Positions 18,251 through 26,317 of a stretch of DNA of 32,000 nucleotides are shown piece after piece. Numbering within the stretch: position 1 is the stretch's first letter; every line of letters begins with the position of its first letter. Origin of the DNA: Candidatus Thorarchaeota archaeon (GTDB lineage: Archaea > Asgardarchaeota > Thorarchaeia > Thorarchaeales > Thorarchaeaceae). A program made the translations under genes and the position numbers. Below the pieces are notes generated by a model. That model was not told the origin of the DNA and made no database searches. It worked only from the letters and a program-made list of their open reading frames with translations. The stretch covers positions 1 through 32,000 of the forward strand of contig PRDJ01000039.1 of the NCBI GenBank assembly GCA_003345555.1, given 5' to 3'.

Positions 18251-19444
18251 TTATCCCTTGTTTAGCTTTTTTTTTACGTCTGTTGCCCCGGCTTCTGCCG
18301 TTCTCTGCTGGCGGCCGAACACTCCTCCTGTGCGTCGTTCAGTCTGCTTCTCTGGCGTAGGAGGAACCTCTGTAGGCGATTGTCGACGATCTCGCTTTCG
18401 GACGACTTCCTCAGCCTTGACAATCGCAGTATCAATTTCATCCGCCGAAGGAGGCTCCAGCAATCCACCTCTCCTTGTTCGGTGGCTCAGTGCCAGCTGC
18501 GCAGCAAGCTTCATGTCCTCGAGAGTCACTTCCTTGCGACCCTCCAATGCAGCGTTAGCTAAGGCTGTCTTGCTGATGATGATGTCCGGTCTTACGCCAT
18601 CAACTTCGAGTGCATCACATGCCATGGCTATAGCTCTCAGCCTCGACTCGGGAAGCACAACATCTTGGAGTATCTCCTTCGCATGAACGACTTTCCGCTT
18701 CAAACTGGATTGACGTTCTGACCATTCATCCTTGAATTGCTTTGGATTTCTTTCGAAGGCCAGATTCCGTTTGACGAGCTCCATTCGATCCTCGACGCTC
18801 AAACCGCCGCCAACGGCAACGTGAAGTGGAAACCTATCTAACAGCTGGGGTCTCAGTTCTCCTTCTTCCGGGTTCATGGTTCCCACCAGAACGAAGTCAG
18901 ACGGATGGACGAATGATATGCCCTCTCTCTCAATCACATTGACTTTGGTTGCTGCCGCGTCAAGCAAGTCATCAACCAAGTGGTCTGGCAAAAGGTTCAC
19001 TTCGTCGACGTAGAGGATATTCTGGTTTGCTTCGGCCAAGATTCCGGGCCTGAGTGCTTGAACGCCCTCCTTCAATACACGCTCTATGTCAAGAGATCCG
19101 ATAAGTCGGTCTTCAGTTGTCGAAAGTGGAAGATTGACTACGCGCATCTTCCGCCGCAGCAATCTGAGTTCCTGTCCCTCCTCATGCCGTCCCCGACAAT
19201 CCGGACAAAGTGAATCGCCCGCCGGATCGCATCCGAAGACACAACCCTCCACAATGGTGACTTCCGGCAGGAGGTCTGCAAGCGCCCTGACCGCAGTTGT
19301 CTTGCCAGTTCCTTTCGGGCCTGATATCAGGACGCCGCCGATTCTCGGGCTCACACCATTGAGAATGAGAGCAAGCTTCAGCTTCTCTAATCCAACGAGG
19401 GCGGCGAATGGCATCACAGACCGTTCAAGTTCGGTCAAGGACAC
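18251..19444 (-). CDS. chlI: Magnesium/cobalt chelatase ChlI-like AAA+ ATPase
   Basis: PFAALVG, Walker [23 protein letters not shown], Walker [31 protein letters not shown] start. Confidence 0.88.
   Translation of the reverse strand: MSLTELERSVMPFAALVGLEKLKLALILNGVSPRIGGVLISGPKGTGKTTAVRALADLLPEVTIVEGCVFGCDPAGDSLCPDCRGRHEEGQELRLLRRKMRVVNLPLSTTEDRLIGSLDIERVLKEGVQALRPGILAEANQNILYVDEVNLLPDHLVDDLLDAAATKVNVIEREGISFVHPSDFVLVGTMNPEEGELRPQLLDRFPLHVAVGGGLSVEDRMELVKRNLAFERNPKQFKDEWSERQSSLKRKVVHAKEILQDVVLPESRLRAIAMACDALEVDGVRPDIIISKTALANAALEGRKEVTLEDMKLAAQLALSHRTRRGGLLEPPSADEIDTAIVKAEEVVRKRDRRQSPTEVPPTPEKQTERRTGGVFGRQQRTAEAGATDVKKKLNKG
18266..18275 (-). other. Candidate -1 programmed frameshift or transcriptional slippage site (A9G; heptamers A_AAA_AAA and A_AAA_AAG)
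   Basis: Minus strand reads GAC GTA AAA AAA AAG CTA AAC AAG GGA TAA. The -1 frame reads AAA GCT AAA CAA GGG ATA...GTC ATA ATG into the vWA ORF with no stop. Confidence 0.75.
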
Positions 19445-19525
19445 ACCAACTCAGATCTCAACAACGATTCCTTGGTGATAGTGACCTTTAAGCCTGAGTG
19501 TCCGTGTAACCTCGAATGATAGGCC

Positions 19526-20713
19526 TTGAGCTCGAAAATCGTGATCCTGCAATGCCCTGCATGTGGACATGAATTCTCAGTTGATAGAATCGTTGGATAC
19601 TGTGCATGCGGTTCTCCTTTGCTGGCCAAGTACGATACCGATAGCGTGAGAGAGATCGTGTCCTCGCGGAAGTTTCCTTCGTCTGTGAGTTCGATGTGGC
19701 GCTACGCGGAGCTGCTTCCTGTCAGGTCATGGTCCTCAGTGGTGAGCCTAGGTGAAGGGTGGACACCTATGCTCAGCTCTCGTGGTCTTGCTAGGAACTT
19801 GGGAATGCAGAGAGTCTTCATCAAAGATGAGTCGCGTAATCCAACATTCTCGTTCAAAGATCGAGGGCTCTGTGTTGCCATATCGAAGCACATAGAGCTA
19901 GGCGCAGTGTCCTTCGCGCTGCCTTCCGCGGGCAACGCAGCAGTAAGCATGTGCGCATACTGTGCCGCGGCAGGTGTTCGCGCGCACGTCTTCATGCCTG
20001 CTGATACGCCTCCGGTTTTCTTCCGAGAGTGTGAAATGTATGGCGCAGAGACAATGCGAGTTCCGGGCACGATTGCGGACTGTGGAACAAGAATGAAGAA
20101 ACTTGCAGGTGATTGGGTCGATTTGTCTACAACCAGAGAGCCATACAGGGTTGAAGGCAAGAAGACTATCGGCTTTGAGATTTCCGAGCAGCTGGGATGG
20201 AATGCTCCTGATGCAGTTATTTGTCCAACTGGCGGCGGAACAGCAATCGTCGGGATTTGGAAAGCATTCAACGAACTCGAGGAAATTGGCTTGGCGGGGA
20301 ACAAGCGGCCCCGTTTGTACGCGATTCAGACTGAGGGCTGTGCCCCGGTTGTGCGCGCAATTGAGAATGGTCAAGACGACATCGAACTGTGGCAGGAGTG
20401 TAGAACAAGGGCGTTGGGTCTAAGGGTTCCAAAGCCCTTTGCAGGGCAACTTATCCTACGAGCAATTCGTGAGTCTGGCGGTAGTGCCTTGAGTGTGTCC
20501 GAGTCTGCCATTGACTCAATGCGGGACGCCGTGGCACGTGCAGAAGGGCTGAATGTCTGCCCAGAGACCGCGGTCGCGTGCTTGGGCCTCAAACGATTGA
20601 TTGAGCTCGGTAAAGTGCAGACCGATGAGAACGTAGTCGTCTTGAACACGGGTGCAGGATACCGTTACTCTACATCGATATCGGTCAATGGACGAAATCC
20701 AGTATACCTCTGA
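19526..20713 (+). CDS. thrC: Threonine synthase (PLP-dependent)
   Basis: N-terminal CxxC..CxC, SMWRY, SLGEGWTP, NPTFSFKDRG (PLP Lys), SAGNAA, EGKKT, PTGGG. Confidence 0.88.
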   Translation: MSSKIVILQCPACGHEFSVDRIVGYCACGSPLLAKYDTDSVREIVSSRKFPSSVSSMWRYAELLPVRSWSSVVSLGEGWTPMLSSRGLARNLGMQRVFIKDESRNPTFSFKDRGLCVAISKHIELGAVSFALPSAGNAAVSMCAYCAAAGVRAHVFMPADTPPVFFRECEMYGAETMRVPGTIADCGTRMKKLAGDWVDLSTTREPYRVEGKKTIGFEISEQLGWNAPDAVICPTGGGTAIVGIWKAFNELEEIGLAGNKRPRLYAIQTEGCAPVVRAIENGQDDIELWQECRTRALGLRVPKPFAGQLILRAIRESGGSALSVSESAIDSMRDAVARAEGLNVCPETAVACLGLKRLIELGKVQTDENVVVLNTGAGYRYSTSISVNGRNPVYL

Positions 20714-21317
20714 GATCATCATCGCGAACCACAGCTTGAGCGGCGTCTGCGACTTCCTGCCTCTCCGGCCTGAATGCTATGGACAGGCCAACTCGTCGAA
20801 ACACACTGATGTCATTTAGACCATCTCCAACAAAAGCAGTCTCCTTGAGAGACACTGCAAAGTGGTCTGCGACTTGTTTGATATGCCGTACTTTCCGGCC
20901 CCACTCCACGAGCACCTCCACCTCGCCGGTCAGCATGCCATTTGTGTGACGAAGCTTGTTCGTCATGACGTAATCTATTCCTACGCGTGCTGCGACGTCG
21001 TCGGCGAGGAGATCCACACCTCCGGACAAAATGGCCACATTGATACCCATTTTCTTGAGAGCACTGACGGTTTCCTTGGCGCCGGGTACCAGCTCGGTTG
21101 TTCGGACTATCTCCATGACCCGACTCAGAGACTTGCCTTTCCACAAGCTTGCATCGGAGTTGGCCCACTGTCGGTATGTAATCTCTCCCGCGAAATACTT
21201 GTCAAAGAAGACCCTTCCTTCCTCTTGAGTACCGAACACCTCATGAAGTCGCCACCATATACTCGTGTGACGCGTCAACGTACCGTCAACGTCGAAAACG
21301 ACCAGCTTTATTGTCAT
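20685..21317 (-). CDS. serB: Phosphoserine-phosphatase-like HAD hydrolase
   Basis: FDVDGTL, LVPGA, ILSGG, GDGLND, GLSIAF motifs. Confidence 0.72.
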   Translation of the reverse strand: MTIKLVVFDVDGTLTRHTSIWWRLHEVFGTQEEGRVFFDKYFAGEITYRQWANSDASLWKGKSLSRVMEIVRTTELVPGAKETVSALKKMGINVAILSGGVDLLADDVAARVGIDYVMTNKLRHTNGMLTGEVEVLVEWGRKVRHIKQVADHFAVSLKETAFVGDGLNDISVFRRVGLSIAFRPERQEVADAAQAVVRDDDLRGILDFVH

Positions 21318-21357
21318 CTAAGCACCTGCAAAGTCATCAAAGGGCAATATGGCCCGA

Positions 21358-22017
21358 CTACTTCTCTGCCTCTCGCTCTTTCTCCTCACGTGCCTCTCGT
21401 TCGAGATCTGCCAGAAGGTCGTCAATCCTTTTCTCTTCGGTGCGAGGTTTGCGGCCAGATTCTTTCTGCTTCTGCTTAGCGAGCGGCGGCAAGACCTTCT
21501 CCTTTTCCAGCATGATTTCTGCCTCCATGGCCTCTAGCTCCTGATTGATTCTCTTTTCCATCTCGACTGTGGTTCCACTCGTGGAGAGGTCTTCAGAGAG
21601 CAGTTCGCCTGCCTCAGATATTTGTTCGAACGATTGTGTGAGTTTATCCAGCTGCATCTGTATCTCAACCGGGCTGAGCATGGCCTGCGCTTTTGAGAGT
21701 GCATCATTCGCTATCTTGAACGCTCCCAAGACATCAGTCTGGTCTTTTGCCTCCTCGATGTTCATGAGCGCTGTCTCAAGCGTGAGGAATTGCTGACGAT
21801 ATCTGGCCCTGCGGTTGTCCAAATCAAGCATGATTGACAGGTGCGACCGGGCCAACGACTTTTCACCCCCGGCCATAGCCTCTTTCGCAGATTTTCGCTC
21901 TTCCTGCATTCGCGTTTCGAGCCTGCGAGTCCTAAGGGTCAGGGCATTCATGGTTCCTTTGATTTCGAGGATTCCTCGTTCGGTGTCCACTTTTTTCTTG
22001 CCGCTCAGAAAGCCCAT
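21358..22017 (-). CDS. ESCRT-III protein, Snf7 (Vps20/32/60-type) family
   Basis: MGFLSGKKK start, long basic helical hairpin, LETALMNIEEAKDQTDVLGAFKIANDAL core, acidic C-terminal half, IDDLLADLE tail. Start at ATG 22017. Confidence 0.8.
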   Translation of the reverse strand: MGFLSGKKKVDTERGILEIKGTMNALTLRTRRLETRMQEERKSAKEAMAGGEKSLARSHLSIMLDLDNRRARYRQQFLTLETALMNIEEAKDQTDVLGAFKIANDALSKAQAMLSPVEIQMQLDKLTQSFEQISEAGELLSEDLSTSGTTVEMEKRINQELEAMEAEIMLEKEKVLPPLAKQKQKESGRKPRTEEKRIDDLLADLEREAREEKEREAEK

Positions 22018-22041
22018 TGCGTGCACCGTTCCTATCGTAAC

Positions 22042-22060
22042 CAGCTGAGGTCCTCAGCTG
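22042..22060. promoter_or_regulatory. Perfect palindrome, candidate operator in the snf7/IMPase divergent promoter
   Basis: CAGCTGAGG-T-CCTCAGCTG, adjacent to TTTAAA at 22066-22071. Confidence 0.55.
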
Positions 22061-22133
22061 ACACATTTAAACGATTGCACATCCGCCCTTCGTCGAAAGA
22101 ATCGTACCTGATTCGGAGAACAGAGGTCTCAGC

Positions 22134-22949
22134 ATGACAATAGCCAAAATCCTGAAAGCTGCCTTGGAATATTCAAGAAAGGCAGTACTTGAGAACTTGC
22201 AGCGCGCGGCTGAGTCTACAGATAGTCTCAACCCTTTCGGCGACGTGACTCTTGCGGCAGACATATTGGCAGAAGATGAAATAATCAGAGTATTGCATGA
22301 GTCGGGATTAGGCTTTAACATCTTGACCGAAGAAAGAGGATTGATAGAGGCAGAAAGCCTGCCCGAGTTCTTGGCTGTCGTTGATCCTCTTGATGGCTCG
22401 GCAAACTTCGAACGAGGACTCCCCTTGTGTTGTGGAGGAATATCCGTCATACCATTCTCCGATCAGATGACCACTGATCGAATTGAGACCAGTGTAATCA
22501 GTTCGTATTTCACCAAGGACGTCTACGTTGCGGTCACTGGGAAAGGAGTGAGGCGAAACGGGAAGTCTGTCAGTGTGGCTAGTCCAAAACATGTTGAAGA
22601 GTCAGTCGTGTCTTACGATACAAAGGCGTCTTGGCTGGGAGACTTCGCATCAGGTTCGCTCCGTGTGTTGGGGCACGTGAAGGACATGCGGAGAGCAGGT
22701 AGCAATCTGCTCGACCTCTGTTGGACGGCTTGTGGCGTTCTTGATGCAATGGTTGACCTTAGGGATATTCTTCCCATCGTCCATGTGTCAGGTACACATA
22801 TAGTCTGTGAAGCCGGTGGGTTTGTGATCGCTGCAAATGGCAGTCGTTTGTTGCTACCACTACGCATCGATTGCAGAATGAGCTTTGTTGCCGCGTCAAC
22901 GAAGGAGTTGGCTCGAGAGATACTTCGTCTGTTTCAGGGTGGTCGGTGA
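22134..22949 (+). CDS. Inositol monophosphatase/FBPase family protein
   Basis: GDVT..AD, ILTEE, VVDPLDGSANF, RRAGS..LDLC, EAGG. The third motif WD is replaced. Confidence 0.82.
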   Translation: MTIAKILKAALEYSRKAVLENLQRAAESTDSLNPFGDVTLAADILAEDEIIRVLHESGLGFNILTEERGLIEAESLPEFLAVVDPLDGSANFERGLPLCCGGISVIPFSDQMTTDRIETSVISSYFTKDVYVAVTGKGVRRNGKSVSVASPKHVEESVVSYDTKASWLGDFASGSLRVLGHVKDMRRAGSNLLDLCWTACGVLDAMVDLRDILPIVHVSGTHIVCEAGGFVIAANGSRLLLPLRIDCRMSFVAASTKELAREILRLFQGGR

Positions 22950-23038
22950 TGTACCTGCGCCTGCTGGGTGTCAGTATTATCGCGCTACTAAGCCTGATGA
23001 AGTCCTTGCTCAGTCCGAACTCGTCTTGCCGAATGGGC

Positions 23039-23488
23039 TCAGTTCTCTGTCTCCTCGTTTTCCTCGTCTAGCTCAGAAGCTCCAGATTGTTCTTCGGCTT
23101 CTGCAGGCTCGCGGGCTGCCTCTTTCTCCTCGGCAATGGTCTCGGCTTCAATCTCGGGCTCCTCTTCCATCGCAGCCATTGCCTTCTTCTTCTCTCGAGG
23201 CACTGTCTTCGGTTTGGTCTTGATAACATACACATAGCCGATCAAGATGCTTGCTGCAGATAACCCAAGCATGACCGCGACGGCTCCGAGGTACCCGAAC
23301 AACGAAAGAGGGTTCAAGGCGAGATTGGACGCGGGAACTCGAAGCAGGGTATACTGAATCCACATAGGAACTACAAAGACAAGTGGAAGACAGATGATAA
23401 GAAGCAACACAATCGACATGATGATGTCGGCCAGTTCTGTTACGACGCGGCTCCCGGTGCCAGCTGCTGATTTCTTGGGGGTCGACAT
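23039..23488 (-). CDS. Hypothetical membrane protein with acidic C-terminal tail
   Basis: 149-aa ORF with two hydrophobic helices and a Glu-rich tail; TATA-like TTTTAAAG at 23523-23530 upstream. Confidence 0.75.
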   Translation of the reverse strand: MSTPKKSAAGTGSRVVTELADIIMSIVLLLIICLPLVFVVPMWIQYTLLRVPASNLALNPLSLFGYLGAVAVMLGLSAASILIGYVYVIKTKPKTVPREKKKAMAAMEEEPEIEAETIAEEKEAAREPAEAEEQSGASELDEENEETEN

Positions 23489-24173
23489 TTTGTTGCTCTT
23501 CGCGATGGCCCGCCGGGGCTCCCTTTAAAACTTTGCCAAAGCTGGAGGCTTGTGTGACACCAGCTCACGCTACTCCGAGTCAATGCCTGGGGCCTGAGAA
23601 AGGAGGAGGATCGAGCACTTTTTGCTCTTGGAGGAGAGAGAGTTCAAGCGGAGAGAACTTGGTCCCAGACAGAATATGAATATGGTATAATGATAGATAA
23701 GCGTATGTTGCTCGTAACTTCAGAACGGGGTGAAATCATCGTGCTATGAGTGCAGTCGCGGATAGTTTCGCTAGAACCGGGACTGAATCGTCGGCTTCGA
23801 GGATCCCAGGAAGGCATGTCTACGAATAACGACAATGAGATTGTCGCGAGGTCACCATTTTGAAGCTTCACTCCTCGTAGCTAATCATCTGAGACACCAC
23901 TTGTCAGTCGCCCCTTCTTCATGATGTTCACAGCATGGGCCTCCGATTACATTGACCTCGTCAACGTACTCTGTTCGTCGCACCTAACACAAGTCGTTGT
24001 TGGCGAAGTTGCGCATTCTCAAGACGGTCTCATTGCGAACCGAATGTGTACTCCGGAAGGAACCAATCACGCTAGCTCCCTCTTCTAGCGCGTAATCAGT
24101 ATCCTGCCCATGTTCATTCGGAACAAGGAGTCTCCGCGCGATATGTTTAAGGCCTGACAAAGGGACCGTCGAA

Positions 24174-25040
24174 ATGAAGAGGTCGAGTTCATACATGAGA
24201 TACGCTTACGGCTTGTTCTTCGGGGCCATGCTGCCAGCAGTGATATTTGCGGAGATAGCAGTCCTAAAGATAGCCGGTTACGGAGTCACAGATCCGGTTG
24301 CATTGGCTGGGCTATGGGGCCTCTTCTTGATTTGGGTAGGAATATGTGTAATCATACTGGTCGCGCCTCCCCTCGCTGTCTTTTTCACGAATAGAACCAT
24401 GTTCAGAGAAGTCATGCTATACGAGGTCGGAGGCTTGGCCCTATTCACCCCCATATGGTTCGCAATTTCGACGGAACTGTCAGGTGGTTCGTGGATTGCC
24501 ACTCTTTTGACTGGGGTCAAAAGCGCAATCCCTGTTCTTGGAGAGGGCTGGACGATTGTAGGAGCGGATGTCGGTCCAGTAATACTCGCGCCATCGCTAC
24601 TTGTCATGATTATACTTGGTGCAATACTATTGCGACCTTCCTTCATAGAAAGGTATAGTCTGCCGGCAGAGTCCCGAGAGGCACGCGCACCGAAGGAGAA
24701 ACCTGTGACACCGAAAGAGAAACCTGTGACGCCAAAGGCAAAACCTGTTGCGCCAAAAGCGAAACCAACACCCGAGGGAGAATCCATTGAGACAGAGATG
24801 CCAGGAGTCGCCGCTCCGGTTCCTGACGAGAGAAGTGTCAACGAACTCAAGTCGTTGCTGAACGAGATTGGGGCATCAGATGCAATTGTGAGGGCAATTA
24901 TGGGGGCAGGCATTGCCACAGTGACAGACTTGGTTTCAACGAGTCCGGAACAGCTAGTAGCCATGACAGGACTAGACCGGACGACTGCTGAGAATCTTCA
25001 CGTGGCTGCGCAGAAGAAGGTGTGGTTTGGCGGCATATAA
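24174..25040 (+). CDS. Multi-pass membrane protein with Lys/Pro repeat linker and C-terminal helix-hairpin-helix-like domain
   Basis: About four hydrophobic helices, PKEKPVT-type repeats, then IGASDAIVRAIMGAGIATVTDL..QLVAMTGLDRTTAENL. Start may be ATG 24195. Confidence 0.78.
   Translation: MKRSSSYMRYAYGLFFGAMLPAVIFAEIAVLKIAGYGVTDPVALAGLWGLFLIWVGICVIILVAPPLAVFFTNRTMFREVMLYEVGGLALFTPIWFAISTELSGGSWIATLLTGVKSAIPVLGEGWTIVGADVGPVILAPSLLVMIILGAILLRPSFIERYSLPAESREARAPKEKPVTPKEKPVTPKAKPVAPKAKPTPEGESIETEMPGVAAPVPDERSVNELKSLLNEIGASDAIVRAIMGAGIATVTDLVSTSPEQLVAMTGLDRTTAENLHVAAQKKVWFGGI
24690..24773 (+). repeat. In-frame 21-bp tandem repeat x4 (PKEKPVT, PKEKPVT, PKAKPVA, PKAKPTP)
   Basis: CCGAAGGAGAAACCTGTGACA / CCGAAAGAGAAACCTGTGACG / CCAAAGGCAAAACCTGTTGCG / CCAAAAGCGAAACCAACACCC. 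Confidence 0.9.
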
Positions 25041-25189
25041 GGAAACGACGCAATCACAGTGCCTAGCCGTTCTAAGGAGGCAATGCGGCATGCTGCCAGA
25101 CAGTGTCAGACGGTTACTTGTCATATGAGAACGAGGGCGGCCTATTCGTACGAGGTTGAACCTAGTTTCCAGAGAAGCAGAAGCCCCAC

Positions 25190-25936
25190 CTAGCGATTCG
25201 CCATTTTCTTCAGTGCATCAAGAGCTACGAGCGTGAGGTTGTCTATCTTAGGCTTTCCCACGATTTTCGCTTCCTTGTCAATCGATTCCCCCACTATCAC
25301 ACATGCAGTGCCGACTCTGACTTGCCTGACCTGACCCAGAACAAAAAGTGCAGCAGATTCCATTTCTGTGGCGATGACATTCGCCCTACGGAGCGTCTGC
25401 CAGTAGTTGCGCATCCGTTCTGGGTCTGTGACCATCTCCGGGAATTCGCTGTAGAATGCATCTTTGGTATGTCCAATCCCCATCCGATATTTCACTCCTC
25501 TTGCCTTTGCAGAGTCAGCCAGTGCTCTCACAATTCCGGGATCAGCGACGGCAGGGAACTCGATTGGGGCGTATTGTCTGGATGTTCCTTCGTCTCGGAC
25601 TGCTCCTGTGAATATGACGAGGTCCCCGGCCTTGAGAGAGGGCTCAATAGCACCCGCAGTACCAACTCGTATGAATGTTGTACAGCCGACCTTAATCAGC
25701 TCCTCTAGGGCAATCGCGGCTGATGGGCATCCGATACCCGTTGAACATACGCCAACAGAGACTCCTTCATACTTACCCCTGTAGCTCCAGTACTCCCTGT
25801 GCCGGGCAATCTCCTGTGAATCCTTGAAGAATCCCTCTGCGATTAAACGGGCTCTATCCGGATCCCCCGGCAGAAGTACTAACGGCGGAATCTCACCGGG
25901 CGCGATGGCTATGTGATACTCAGGTTCACGGGTCAC
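25190..25936 (-). CDS. Nucleoside phosphorylase, NP-I family (PNP/UDP/MTAP-like)
   Basis: PGDPDRA, HREY, STGIGCPS, IRVGTAG, RDEGTS, DAFY, EMESA. Start set at GTG 25936 after GGTGAT. It lacks the Udp-type Q-x-R after DxFY, so it is not called udp. Confidence 0.88.
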   Translation of the reverse strand: MTREPEYHIAIAPGEIPPLVLLPGDPDRARLIAEGFFKDSQEIARHREYWSYRGKYEGVSVGVCSTGIGCPSAAIALEELIKVGCTTFIRVGTAGAIEPSLKAGDLVIFTGAVRDEGTSRQYAPIEFPAVADPGIVRALADSAKARGVKYRMGIGHTKDAFYSEFPEMVTDPERMRNYWQTLRRANVIATEMESAALFVLGQVRQVRVGTACVIVGESIDKEAKIVGKPKIDNLTLVALDALKKMANR

Positions 25937-26080
25937 CCAATCACCAACGAGTGGGCCGCCGTGCAATTCTAATAAAAAGCGTTTCTCCGGGACTCTCCTT
26001 TGGCATTGATCGTGAGACGCGTGCTGCCGAGGAATTCATCGACATAGTTAAAAGTGCTAATCAGAGGCCGCCCAGAAGTG

Positions 26081-26317
26081 ATGACTATGAGCAGCGATCT
26101 TACAGATCTTGAACAAAAGGTTCTGAGTCTTGTCAAGAAAGACAGTCATAGACCCTCGGCTATCGCAAGAACACTTACTGCACGTCATGTTGCGTGTGAT
26201 CAGAACCAGATAGTCGCTGCGCTTGTAAGCCTTGAGAGCAGAGGGCTAGTGGAAAGATTCACCTCCAAGACCTGGGTGGCTACGTCCAAAGGCCAGTCTG
26301 AGGCAGAGCAGACCTAG
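26081..26317 (+). CDS. Small winged-helix protein
   Basis: LTDLEQKVLSLV..PSAIARTL..IVAALVSLESRGLVER..W pattern. Start ATG 26081 or 26087. Confidence 0.65.
   Translation: MTMSSDLTDLEQKVLSLVKKDSHRPSAIARTLTARHVACDQNQIVAALVSLESRGLVERFTSKTWVATSKGQSEAEQT

Noticed and set aside
15519-19444. AIR-synthase-like gene as part of the chelatase-like system
   Set aside because: Same strand but separated by 195 bp containing its own TATA-like TTTTTAACATAA; no sequence evidence of functional linkage.
21991-21996. A6 run near the snf7 5' end (AAGAAAAAAGTG, minus strand) as a second slippage site
   Set aside because: The ORF is intact through it and no alternative-frame domain is apparent; it simply encodes KKK.
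23555-23557. TGA as a selenocysteine codon
   Set aside because: No redox-motif context or recognisable SECIS; it would be the second codon.
23872-24196. Minus-strand frame broken by TAG at 23984-23986 as pyrrolysine readthrough or pseudogene
   Set aside because: No recognisable homology on either side, and further stops follow.
24690-24773. 21-bp tandem repeat as a possible CRISPR or mobile-element repeat
   Set aside because: No spacers, in-frame, with synonymous variation; it is a coding repeat.
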